Under the pieces are notes generated by a model. The model was not told the origin of the DNA. It did no database searches and saw nothing but the letters and a program-made list of their open reading frames with translations. DNA of 64,000 nt from a candidate division FCPU426 bacterium (GTDB taxonomy: Bacteria; Oederibacteriota; Muellerivitia; Muellerivitales; Muellerivitaceae): positions 1 to 64,000 of the forward strand of contig CAVYSE010000007.1 in the NCBI GenBank assembly GCA_963771075.1, read 5' to 3'. Position numbers and translations under genes: made by a program. Below are positions 39,903 through 49,658 of this stretch, piece by piece; position 1 is the first letter of the stretch; the number at the start of each line of letters is the position of its first letter.

Positions 39903-40388
39903 GTGAACGATCTGGTTCTAAAACTGGTGGATGAATTGAAAAGGGAAAGGGGCTGTTACCAGCGCCTGGCATCCCTGGCGGCGGAGCAAAAACAATTCTT
40001 GATCGCGGGGGACCTGCAAAAGCTGGGTGTCAATTTGAAAAAGCAGGAAAAAGAAGTGTTCGCCCTTTCCCCCTTGCTGGGTGAGCGCAATGACCTGATC
40101 GCGGCGCTGGGTAAGGAACTTCGACTTTCCAACCCGACCCTGGAGCAAATCGTGAAGAAGGCACCCATCGAGGTCGTGGAAGAACTGAAGAAGGCAGTGA
40201 TCGAGTTGGTGCAATCGGCGAGGGAACTGGAAAGCATCAATAAAGGCAACGAGAAGCTGGCCCATAACGCGCTGTCCCTGGCGGACGTGACGCTCAAGGC
40301 GTTGGTGGGAAAAGGCCGTACCCAGGCAACCGCCCCTTCCGCCAAACCGGCGGGGCAGGGCTCGTCGTTCGTCAACCGCGTCGTTTAG
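39903..40388 (+). CDS. flgN: Flagellar export chaperone FlgN
   Basis: Helical protein with N..N.KL...AL; lies between flgM and flgK. Confidence 0.85.
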   Translation: MNDLVLKLVDELKRERGCYQRLASLAAEQKQFLIAGDLQKLGVNLKKQEKEVFALSPLLGERNDLIAALGKELRLSNPTLEQIVKKAPIEVVEELKKAVIELVQSARELESINKGNEKLAHNALSLADVTLKALVGKGRTQATAPSAKPAGQGSSFVNRVV

Positions 40389-40397
40389 GAGGCTTAC

Positions 40398-42812
40398 ATG
40401 ATCAGTGGGTTTCAAAGCATCAGCACCATCAACAGCGGATTAATCCTCGCTGAGTTGGAACAAGATGTCACCGCCTCCAACCTTGCCCAACCCTCCTTGG
40501 ATTCCCAGGGCTATCTGATGAACAGCCTGGAATCCGTGAACGCGGGGACAGGCCCCTCCCTTTCCTTCGATGGGCTCACCGGTGTGGTTTCCGTCGGCGC
40601 GGGCGTCTCAATCGATTCCATCACCCGCTTGCGAAGCTCTTTTCTCGACAGCCAAATCCGCCAACAAAGCATGCTGGTCGGATATAACGAGATCCTGGCC
40701 AACACTTCGGGGGGCGGGGTCCTCAACCAGGTCAACAGCATCATCAACGCCACGGCCTCCGACACGCTTAATTCGGCGCTAACCCAATTCCAGAACGCCT
40801 GGCTGAACCTTGGGAATGGAACGGGTTCCGCCTCCCAGGTTCTTTCCGCGGGCACCGCTTTCGCCCAGATGGCCAACAGCCAGTACAACGCCCTGCAGAA
40901 TTTACAGCTCACCTATAACGATAATATCCAGGGGACGGTCGGCCAGATCAACCAGTTGCTGCAGCAGCTCAGTTCCATCAATTCCCAGCTCAATGCCACC
41001 CAGGGCTCCAACCAGAATTCCTTGCTGGACGCCAGGGACTACGCGTTGGACCGCCTTTCCCGCCTGGTGAATTTCCAGGTCACTTTCGGCAGCAACGGAA
41101 CCTCCAGTGTGTTCCTCAACGGCGTTTCGCTTTTGAGTTCGGCTGGAGCCGGACAGCTCCAGGCCTTCCTGCCCGACCCAACCAACCCCGCCCTGGCGGA
41201 TATCTCGGTCTCGGCTCCGACCTATGGAAACCCCATGCAAACCGGCGGCAATCCCGCGGTGGCGAACCTCTCCCCAACCACGGTCGATATCACCTCCATG
41301 ATTACGGGCGGCAATTTGGGCGGGGAACTGCAGGCCCGCAACGTGGTGCTACAAAGCTACAAGCAGGAGATCAACCAAATCGCGACCGGGGTCATGAACG
41401 TGACCAACAGCATTTACGCCACCGGGTATAACGGGGCGGCGACCGGCCAGCTGTTTTTCGAGGGGACGGGGGCGTCCAATATCATTATCAACGGGGCCTT
41501 GACCCCCTCCGGAAACCTGGCCATTTCCAGTGTTTCCTCCAACCCGGCGCTATATGTTCCCCCGGTCGCGCCCCCCCCAGACACCGAGATCGCCCAATTA
41601 CTGGGCGGCGCCGGTAATTCCCCCGGATTGATGAACCTCTTGTCCCAAAATTACGCGGTCAGTTTGAAACCCATTAATCAAGCCGGCGCCGTGATCAATC
41701 CCTTTATCCCCATGGCAGGCCAACTTTTTCAAACCAACCCGGTGGGTGGGGGGGCGGGTTGGGGCACCATCCAAATCAACGGCGTGACGATTCAAAGCCA
41801 AACGGACCCAATCGCGGGGCACAGCTATAACGCGGCCACCGACAGCATCGCGGACCTGGTTCAGGACATTAACTCCCAGGTCTCGGGCGTCACGGCCGTT
41901 TATGACTCCACCAACCAGCGGTTCTATATTTTCTCCTCAAGCCCGGTCAAGATCATCGCGTCTGCCTCGGCCGGTTCTCCCACCTTTTTCCAATGGGCGA
42001 ACGTCACCGACGTGATGGTGGGCCTTTCCACCTTGAACAATAGCTTCGATCCCAACATGCCCAAGGTCTATACGACCGCCGGTTCACCCTTGCCGACCAC
42101 CCCCTCCCCCATGGATTCCCTGGTACCGAGTCCCGTGGCGCTCTTGAACCAACCCACCTTTGGGCCCAATATTTCCGCCTTGGCGGTCACGGCGGGGGCG
42201 AACGGTACTTTTTCCATCAACGGCATGGCGCCCTTGGCCTGGAACAATACCCAAAGCGTCAATACGGTTTTAACGGCCATCAACACCTCGGGCGCGGGCG
42301 TGGCGGGCCAAGCTTCGGTCAACACTCAAACGGTGCTTCCGACTTTTTTTGGCGGAAACAACACTCAAGCGGTGATCTTGTCTTCCTTGAGCCCGATTTC
42401 CATCGCCGATGTGACTGGAAATTTCACCTCCGTGATCGGGGTCAATACCAGCCTGTCCCTGGGAAACATGTCCTCCTCGGTTCTTGGGCAGGTTCAAAAC
42501 GACTTGACGGGCCAAACCGCCTTGTCCCAAGAGGACCAGGACGCCTTGAACCAGCTAAACACCGCCCAGGCCAACTTGGCCGGCATTAACACGGGGGGGG
42601 CCTCCTCGTCTTCCTCCGCCTCGGGCATACCCAACAGCTCCAATTCGGGGGTTCCCATCGCCTCGATCCAACAACAAGCCACCTCGGCCGCCACGGCCTA
42701 CAACGCCTTGTTAGAAATCATGCAGGTCATCGACAACATGTATCAGAACCTGATCAACGTCGTGGGCGGGGGCACCGCGACGAGCAACAGCAACAACAGC
42801 TTTCAAGGTTAA
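40398..42812 (+). CDS. flgK: Hook-associated protein FlgK-like (804 aa, divergent termini, two flagellin-hook IN-like inserts)
   Basis: GV.IDSITRLRSSFLDSQIR, LLDARD..LD.LS.LV, GG.LGG.L.AR, AYNA....QVID.MY..LIN; follows flgMN. Confidence 0.85.
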   Translation: MISGFQSISTINSGLILAELEQDVTASNLAQPSLDSQGYLMNSLESVNAGTGPSLSFDGLTGVVSVGAGVSIDSITRLRSSFLDSQIRQQSMLVGYNEILANTSGGGVLNQVNSIINATASDTLNSALTQFQNAWLNLGNGTGSASQVLSAGTAFAQMANSQYNALQNLQLTYNDNIQGTVGQINQLLQQLSSINSQLNATQGSNQNSLLDARDYALDRLSRLVNFQVTFGSNGTSSVFLNGVSLLSSAGAGQLQAFLPDPTNPALADISVSAPTYGNPMQTGGNPAVANLSPTTVDITSMITGGNLGGELQARNVVLQSYKQEINQIATGVMNVTNSIYATGYNGAATGQLFFEGTGASNIIINGALTPSGNLAISSVSSNPALYVPPVAPPPDTEIAQLLGGAGNSPGLMNLLSQNYAVSLKPINQAGAVINPFIPMAGQLFQTNPVGGGAGWGTIQINGVTIQSQTDPIAGHSYNAATDSIADLVQDINSQVSGVTAVYDSTNQRFYIFSSSPVKIIASASAGSPTFFQWANVTDVMVGLSTLNNSFDPNMPKVYTTAGSPLPTTPSPMDSLVPSPVALLNQPTFGPNISALAVTAGANGTFSINGMAPLAWNNTQSVNTVLTAINTSGAGVAGQASVNTQTVLPTFFGGNNTQAVILSSLSPISIADVTGNFTSVIGVNTSLSLGNMSSSVLGQVQNDLTGQTALSQEDQDALNQLNTAQANLAGINTGGASSSSSASGIPNSSNSGVPIASIQQQATSAATAYNALLEIMQVIDNMYQNLINVVGGGTATSNSNNSFQG

Positions 42813-42822
42813 GGGGTAAAAC

Positions 42823-45800
42823 ATGAGCGTGAAAAATATAAGTGACCTTCTGGACAGCCTATCCTCCAAGACCGCGAAATCGGCGGACGGCCTTTTAAAC
42901 CCGGCCAATCCCTCGACGGTCCCGGGCGGCGGTTCGGGCTCGGGGAATAATTCTTTCGGACAGGTGATCGCCAAGGTCGCCGACCAGCAGCAAACCGCAA
43001 ATAACAATCCTGCTCCCGCCGCTCAAGACAATCCGGCGCCGGTTCCGGTGGTGACTCCTACGGCAGTGACGGCCCCCGGAACCCAGAACCAGGCGCCCGC
43101 TCTTAATTCCAGTTCATCGGGTACGACCCAAACCACCCAGGACACGCTCCTGGTTTCAGAAAGGCTCCAGGGGGTCAAGCCCCAGGATATCGCCACCATT
43201 GAGAAATCCTTTTTTGCCATGGCCTCGGGGTTGGCCAGCCTTCTTTCCCAGGCCCAACAGCTCGCCGGGGAAAATTCGGATCAACTACAGGCCCAGTTGG
43301 TCGCTAATTCGGGTGGAAAGATCACTCCCGCCGAGGCGTCCCAACTGGTTTCCGCCGTTCTCAGTTTTATCAATAACCTGCCTCCGGGCCAAAATCCGCT
43401 CGACCTGAACAAACAAGACCAGAACAACCTGGTCGGCCAGATGCTTCAACAGATGCTTCAAAACCAACAGGTGGCTTTTGCCTTGACCCCAACGGCCATC
43501 CAGGGCGATCAAAATGGATCCAACAACGGTCAAGGTATTGCCGGGGTTTCCGGGGCGGCCGGACTCTCCAATGTCACCCTGCAATTCTTATTCACGGAAG
43601 GCCAGATCAACCAAACCAAAACCACCGGGAACCAGGGCTCAGGACTGCAGGTAAACTACCAGGCTGCCCAGGTGAGCGTAACCACCCAAACCTTTGAAAC
43701 CCAGAATGCGCAGGGCTTGAGGGGTACCGGGGCCGGGGCGGCAAACTTTGCCCTTCCCGCCGAGCCGTCCCTGAATACCGCGTTTAATTTCCAGCCCATT
43801 CCGCAGGATAAGGTCCAAGCCATCCTGAACGCCCTGAGCCAATTGGGCGCCCAGCCTGCTTCCGACCTGAATGTAACCGTGGTTAACCCCACCTTGACGG
43901 CCCAGGGGGAACAAGCCTCAGCCAATAGCAAAAACTTACAGTCACTCTTCAAGGTTTTGTTGCAAGCCGGGGCAGGGCCCGTGATGTTGCAGTCATCCCT
44001 CGCCCAACAGGCGGCCCTCACCAACAATTCCAACGTCCAAAATACAAACGTCACCGCGAATGCGGTCGCCCAATTGACTCAAGGTTTGACAGGCACTCTC
44101 CAGGCAGGCGCGGTCCAAGCCGCCGCGGGCACCCAAAACACGGCCAACCCCAATGTGAATCAAAACCCATTGCCGGTTCAAACGGGTGTCCCAGCCCCGG
44201 TTCAGCCGGTGATCAACCCCGTGCCGGCTCCGGTCGTCAACCAACCTCAAACCGGTCAAAAGCAACAGGTTGCTCAAGCCCCCTTGGCCACGGCCCCAAA
44301 TCCCGATGCGATTCAAGCTCCCCAGACCCAAGCCCCATCCACGGTGAATATCGCGCCCAAGACAACGGGCCAATCCTTCTGGTCTTCGGTGAATTTCAAG
44401 CGGATCAACGAGTTGGTGCTTCGCTTTACGAATTTCATTGGTAACTCCAACACCACCGTCGCGGTCCAAACCCCGGGCAACCAAGGCCCAGCCCAGATCG
44501 CCGTAGCCAGCTCTCCCAGCGCAATCACGGCCCAGGTGGGTACCTCCATCGGTCCCAACGCCCAGCCCATCAGTATTTCGCAACTTCCCGATGGCAGCGA
44601 AAAGGAAACCGTCAACAACAACGTGGTTCCCAATACGGTCCAAATCCAACCGGATCCCATCCCAACCTCGGTCGCTACCACGACCGTCCGGGTTGAAACC
44701 CAAAACCAGACCCGTTTAGCCCAAGACCTGCTGGATAACCAGGCGGCGACAGCCCAGGTGGCCGTTCAAACCCCGGTGGCCAGTCCGGTTACGACAGTCC
44801 AGGCCCAACCGGTGAGCAATTCCCAATCCTCATCGCCTGCCCAAAGCTCGGTTGCCCTTACCCCGCCCGCCCCCGGCACGAACGCGCAGGGCTTAGCGGC
44901 GGCATTGACAGCAAATACCAATCCCTTACCCATCGTACCCGCGGGTACGCCCAATATCGTGACCCCCACGGCGTCCATAAACCCGGCGCCACCGGCTACG
45001 ACCCCGGGCGCTCCAGTTCCACCTCAACCCCAGGTTTCCCTGAACCAGCCGGTTAATCCGGTGAATGTGGTTCAACCTGCGCAGTCCAACGGCACGAACC
45101 AGGGCTTGAATCCATTGAATCAAGCGGCAAACCCTGGTTTGTCCGCAACTCCCATTTCCCCGGCGCAAAATCTTTCCGGTTCGGTGGCGGCGGTGGATGT
45201 GTTCAAACAGGGAACGACCCAAGTCCAGCCCAACAATAACCAGGCTCCCCTCAATTCGGCCAATCCGGTACAGCCGACCGGCACCGTTTCCACCGCAACG
45301 GCACAAGCGGTCACGACCCCGACCAACCTGGGCGCCTACGATAATTCCAAGCCTATCGGGGTCCAAGAAAAGAACCCCTTGAACGATCTTATGAATTCCC
45401 AGAACCAAAATATCCCCAACTCGACCGGGTTGGTCTATACCCTTGGAAAGGGCGGGGAAGTCCAAGCGGTTAATGCCGCGGGTAACACCATTCCCATTAA
45501 CGCTACGGACCTGATCGGCCAGATTTCAGGGCAGGTTACCGCCAGGGGGGCCGAGTTAAGGGCCGTCACTTCCATCAGCTTCCAGCTTCAACCCGAGAAC
45601 TTGGGAAGGTTGAACATCCAGGTTTCCTTGGTGGACCAGTCGGTTTCAGCCCGAATTCTCGTGACAAACCCGGAGGTTAAGGAAGCCCTCCAGCAGCACA
45701 TGGTCGACCTTCAAACAGCCTTAAATCAGGCCGGGCTTGCAGATTGACCAGCTCCAGGTTCAGGTTCAGGGTGGAGGGGCCAGCCTTTTGGCCCAGTATT

Positions 45801-45934
45801 ATCAGTTTCAGCAGGAAGGTTATGGTTCCAGCCTGCCCCTCGGGGTCGGCGGTTATCCCGGTGGTTTGACTGAAAACGAGGCCTTAATAGCCCCTCTTTC
45901 GGATCGGAAATCGCTGGTCAACCTGCTGGCTTAA
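42823..45934 (+). CDS. fliK: Very long hook-length control protein FliK (~1036 aa; apparent +1 frameshift at ~45734)
   Basis: Low-complexity Q/N/P/T/A region, then LQPENLGRLNIQV...VKEALQQHM.DL..AL..AG (Flg_hook domain). Continues as LQIDQLQV in ORF 45737-45934; precedes flgD. Confidence 0.88.
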
Positions 45935-46005
45935 ATAAGGCTTTTGAGTGTCTTACCAGTTTTTGGTTTAGATGTTCCCTTGATACGTTTTTAGCGGGAA
46001 AAGGC

Positions 46006-46032
46006 TTAAGTTTTTCGGCATAATGCCGTTAG
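46006..46032 (+). promoter_or_regulatory. Putative sigma28 promoter of flgD-flgE
   Basis: TTAAG-N14-GCCGTTAG. Confidence 0.7.
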
Positions 46033-46060
46033 AATTAATCAAGAAAGAGGGGTGATTTTC

Positions 46061-46478
46061 ATGGTTTCAGGCGTGGAAAACAACAATTCTTTGTCGAACG
46101 CCTTGGGGAGTGTTGCGGGAAGCAGCAGCCAATTCGTGTCCGAGAACACGTTTTTAACTCTTCTGATTACTCAGTTGGAGAATCAAGACCCGATGAATCC
46201 CCAGGACAGCAGTCAGTTCGTGTCCCAGTTGGCTTCCTTTTCATCGTTGGAGCAAATGACGGCGATGAACACGAACATGCAGAACGTCCTGGATAACTCG
46301 GCGACCAGTTTGATCAACCAGCAACGTGACGCTGTTGGATCAAAACGGAAACATGGTTCAGGGAACGGTTACCGGTATTGTTTATTATTCGAACACTCCG
46401 GCAGTCCAGGTCAACGGCCAAAATTATCCTTTATCGGATATTCAAAACGTTGGCAATGTGGCAGCGACAGGACAGTAG
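46061..46478 (+). CDS. flgD: Flagellar hook capping protein FlgD (apparent +1 frameshift at ~46322)
   Basis: FLTLLITQLENQDPMNP...FVSQLASFSSLEQM; the shifted frame gives NVTLLDQNGNMVQGTVTGI...VNGQNYPLSDI, stop at 46478. Confidence 0.9.
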
Positions 46479-46537
46479 CAGCGGGGTTTGTATCTTGGCC
46501 CGGAAGTTTCGGGTCCTTGAAAGGCAGGTGAGGACCA

Positions 46538-46948
46538 GTGGTTCAGCAAGTGAACTTTAATGATTTGACTTTCAAGCCGGTGGATGACGTCCAAAGCAAG
46601 GGCCAGTTGCAGCAGATCCAGCAGCAGGCTAGTAAGGCCGCGGCGGCCGTCCAGCCCTTCGACGCGGTTTTCCAGACGGCGGTCGATAAAACCCAATCGT
46701 TGAAGTTTTCGGCCCACGCCAAGGAAAGATTGGCAATGCGCAATATCAACCTTTCCGGGGACGACATGGCCCGCATGAACGCCGCGGTCGATAAGGCGGC
46801 TTCCAAGGGGGCGCGTCAATCCTTGTTGGTGATGGACCAGCAGGCTTTTATCGTCAGCGTGCCGAACCGCACCGTGATTACCGCGATGGATGGCGGAAGC
46901 ATGAAAGAGAATGTCTTCACCAACATCGATAGTGCGGTGATCGTTTAG
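46538..46948 (+). CDS. Flagellar operon protein, TIGR02530 family
   Basis: LKFSAHAKERL..RNI, A..KGAR.SL, VSV.NRTVITAMD...ENVFTNIDSAVI. Confidence 0.93.
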   Translation: MVQQVNFNDLTFKPVDDVQSKGQLQQIQQQASKAAAAVQPFDAVFQTAVDKTQSLKFSAHAKERLAMRNINLSGDDMARMNAAVDKAASKGARQSLLVMDQQAFIVSVPNRTVITAMDGGSMKENVFTNIDSAVIV

Positions 46949-46982
46949 CCGTTAGTTGTTTATCGTTTTTGCAGGGTAGTGA

Positions 46983-47034
46983 CGGGCTGGACCTCCTAGA
47001 GGAAGCCCGAAATCAAGCGGGTTGAATACCCGCT
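46983..47034 (+). promoter_or_regulatory. Putative structured RNA element in the flgE 5' leader
   Basis: CGGGCT-GGA-CCTC-CTA-GAGG-A-AGCCCG followed by a second hairpin AGCGGGT..ACCCGCT before the RBS. Confidence 0.6.
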
Positions 47035-47054
47035 CAAATTTAAGGAGATAGACC

Positions 47055-49179
47055 ATGGGTATGCGTGATATGTACAGTGCCATTTCCGGTCTCGAAGCCA
47101 ATAGCACGTGGCTCGACGTCATCGGAAATAACATCTCGAACGTCAACACGATCGCTTATAAGGCGAGCCGGTTGGAGTTCGCGTCAACTTTCAGCCAGAC
47201 TCTCAATCCGGGCCAGGGAGACAATACGGGAAGCGACATGGGCGGCATCAACCCCCTCCAGGTCGGCTTGGGTACCCGCGTGGCTTCCATCCAGACCCTT
47301 TGGGCGGAAGGCTCGCTCCAGCAAACGGGCGTTTCCACCGACGTCGCCATCCAGGGTAACGGCTTTTTGGTGACCAAGAACAACGGAAACCAATACTTGA
47401 CCCGAGCCGGCAACCTGACCTTCGACAGTGCCGGTAACTTGACGGACCAGAACGGCGGATTGATCCAGGGGTTTGGGCCACGGTCCAATATAACCAAACC
47501 GAGATCAACTCCCAGAATGGCGCGGCGGGCAAATTGGCGGACGATGTTACTCCTTTGTACATCACCAACGCGCAACTGACCGTCAACAACACCAACTTGT
47601 CGGCGGCCACCAATATCCAGATCAACCCCAATTTCGTGGAGCCGGCCAGCGCCACCAACCAATTGAATTTCATTGGCAACCTGGATTCCTTCCAGCAGGT
47701 ACAAGTTTTGAATCTCGGTCAAGGGATTGACGCAGTCGGCGGGGGCGGCCGCTGATCCGGCTGCATTGCCGCTTGGCGCGGTTGACTATTGGGCTGGATA
47801 AGGTGGGTGTCTTCGCCGATGTTTTTAACGCCAATAAAATAGTTCCTGTGGCTATTGGACTGAATGGGCAATCGGCGGGCGCGGCTGTTACGGGGGGCAC
47901 ACGATCCCTTCAAATCGAAAACGACCTGGCTACCGGTGAGGATCCCGATGATCCGAGGCATACGACGCCTGTGATTGTCGAGGCTTGTTCCTTGGACGTG
48001 ATCCAGAATCGCTGCAAACGCGACGGGTGAGGATTTCGCGTGGAACCAGGAACCGCCGGTGACCCCGGCCCTGACTTCGGCCCAGACGGTCTATGACTCG
48101 ACCGGCACGGCCCACACCATCACCACCTGTTTTTATCAGGTGACGGATATCAGCACTAATGGCATCAACCCCACGCCTCAAAACCAAGTAGCCTATGCCT
48201 GGTATTCCTTCGACACGACAGGTGGCGCCGCAATCAGCACGCAAAACCTCCTGGGCGGGACTGGAATCTACGAGGGTTCTGGACACTTGTTGGGCCCAGG
48301 AAAAGGGTACGACCGTGGCACTGTGGGCAACGAATATTGGGGTGACCTGATCTATTTCAACTCCGATGGCTCATTGGCTTCCACTGGTGGGGCGGGAATT
48401 GTCAACGGCAATATCATCCAGACTCAGCCGGATATTTATTTGCCGCTCAGCCCAGCCATCTGGTGCTGATATCGTGGGACCTGGGACCGCCGCTCCAGAC
48501 GCTGGTGACCGCCACCATGAGTCCGGTTTCACCCATACCTACCTTAGGCGCTGAAATCATGCAAATGAAAATGAATTTCGGTACTGCCGGTTTTACCCAA
48601 GGACCTGGGGTCGATCACATGGAGTTAATTAAATACTGGCGTACCCGATGGAGATACACCACTTCCTGATTGGGGCCAAGACGTCCGGGAACTATCATCG
48701 GGGCAGGCCGCGACGGCTTATTCAGCGACGCGGAAGGCACCTACCAGGTGATCAATGGGGTCAACACCTACGTGGCCAACAGCTACGCCACGACCACCCA
48801 AAATGGTTACGCGGATGGAACTTTGCAAAGCCTTTCCTTCAACGCGGTCGGCACCATCGAGGGCCAGTTCAGCAACGGGCAGACCACGGCCCTGGGCCAG
48901 CTTTTGATGGCCAGTGTCGAGAACGTGAATGGTCTGGACTCCGTGGGTAACAACTACTACACCGAGGGGCCGAACGCAGGGGCGCAGATTTTGGGCACGG
49001 CCGGCACGAACGGGATGGGCACCATTGAGGGAGGTTATTTGGAAGGGTCCAACGTCGACTTGACGACGGAACTTTCCAACATGATCATCGCCCAAAGGGG
49101 CTTTGACGTGAACTCCCGGGTGATCTCGGTGGAAAACGCCAACCTGCAGGTTCTGACCCAATTGGGCCAGGGCGGCTGA
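47055..49179 (+). CDS. flgE: Flagellar hook protein FlgE (~700 aa) with multiple apparent frameshifts in the central region
   Basis: N-terminal AISGL...LDVIGNNISNVNT.AYK, TRAGNL.FD; central VYDSTG.AH; C-terminal LEGSNVDLTTEL..MIIAQRGF..NSRVI. Split over several ORFs. Confidence 0.88.
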
Positions 49180-49227
49180 TGACTCAATAAGAAGTAATGC
49201 GGCCTGAGTAATCAGGCATCGTTTAAT

Positions 49228-49262
49228 GGCGGCGCTTCCCATGGGGGGCGCCGCTTTTTTTT
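49228..49262 (+). terminator. Rho-independent terminator after flgE
   Basis: GCGGCGC-TTCCCATGGGG-GGCGCCGC stem-loop followed by a T8 run. Confidence 0.85.
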
Positions 49263-49266
49263 GTTA

Positions 49267-49521
49267 GGGTCTTTCCCAAATTTTTAGATAAAGGGTTTTG
49301 AAGTACTTTTTGTGGTCTGTCATCGAGAGGAGGCGCCCCAATCGGGGGCGGTTGCCGACGTCGCGATCTCAGTTCGATGTTCGTCTTGGCCTTTTTAAAG
49401 GTTTTTTTAAACTGGGATTGCCACCTCGTGAACGTCCGCCTATTCGGCGGCCACTCGTCGCAATGACAACCAAATAAAGCAGATTTAAAACAGACTCTAT
49501 CTGCAAATTTAGGAAAGAGGC
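49267..49521. mobile_element. MITE-like element with 24-bp imperfect terminal IRs enclosing an inverted REP-like pair
   Basis: Left GGGTCTTTCCCAAATTTTTAGATA; right reverse complement GCCTCTTTCCTAAATTTGCAGATA. Internal GTCATCGAGAGGAG...GCGATCTC (49319-49370) and GGGATTGCCAC...TCGCAATGAC (49414-49467). Confidence 0.6.
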
Positions 49522-49614
49522 TTTTGTTGTAAAGGGACGACTCTTCGGGTCGCCACTTGGCCGGGGCCTTAAAACAGCCGCACATTGCTGGGAATACCGA
49601 CGAAATTCCCTTGC

Positions 49615-49641
49615 TCAAGCTTTTAACCCATCAACCGTTAG
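49615..49641 (+). promoter_or_regulatory. Putative sigma28 promoter upstream of the kelch lipoprotein and flbD
   Basis: TCAAG-N14-ACCGTTAG. Confidence 0.65.
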
Positions 49642-49658
49642 GTTAAGATGTGGAAACT

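Noticed and set aside
46948..46955. GCCGTTAG before flgE as a further sigma28 promoter
   Set aside because: The -10 matches, but there is no TYAAG -35 at the 14-nt spacing.
47055..49179. Diversity-generating retroelement or intron as the cause of flgE disruption
   Set aside because: No reverse transcriptase, template repeat or intron-like structure seen; the intervening pieces read as FlgE-like sequence in shifting frames.
49223..49618. 131-aa minus-strand ORF
   Set aside because: It spans a terminator, a MITE-like repeat and part of a promoter, with no recognisable protein features.
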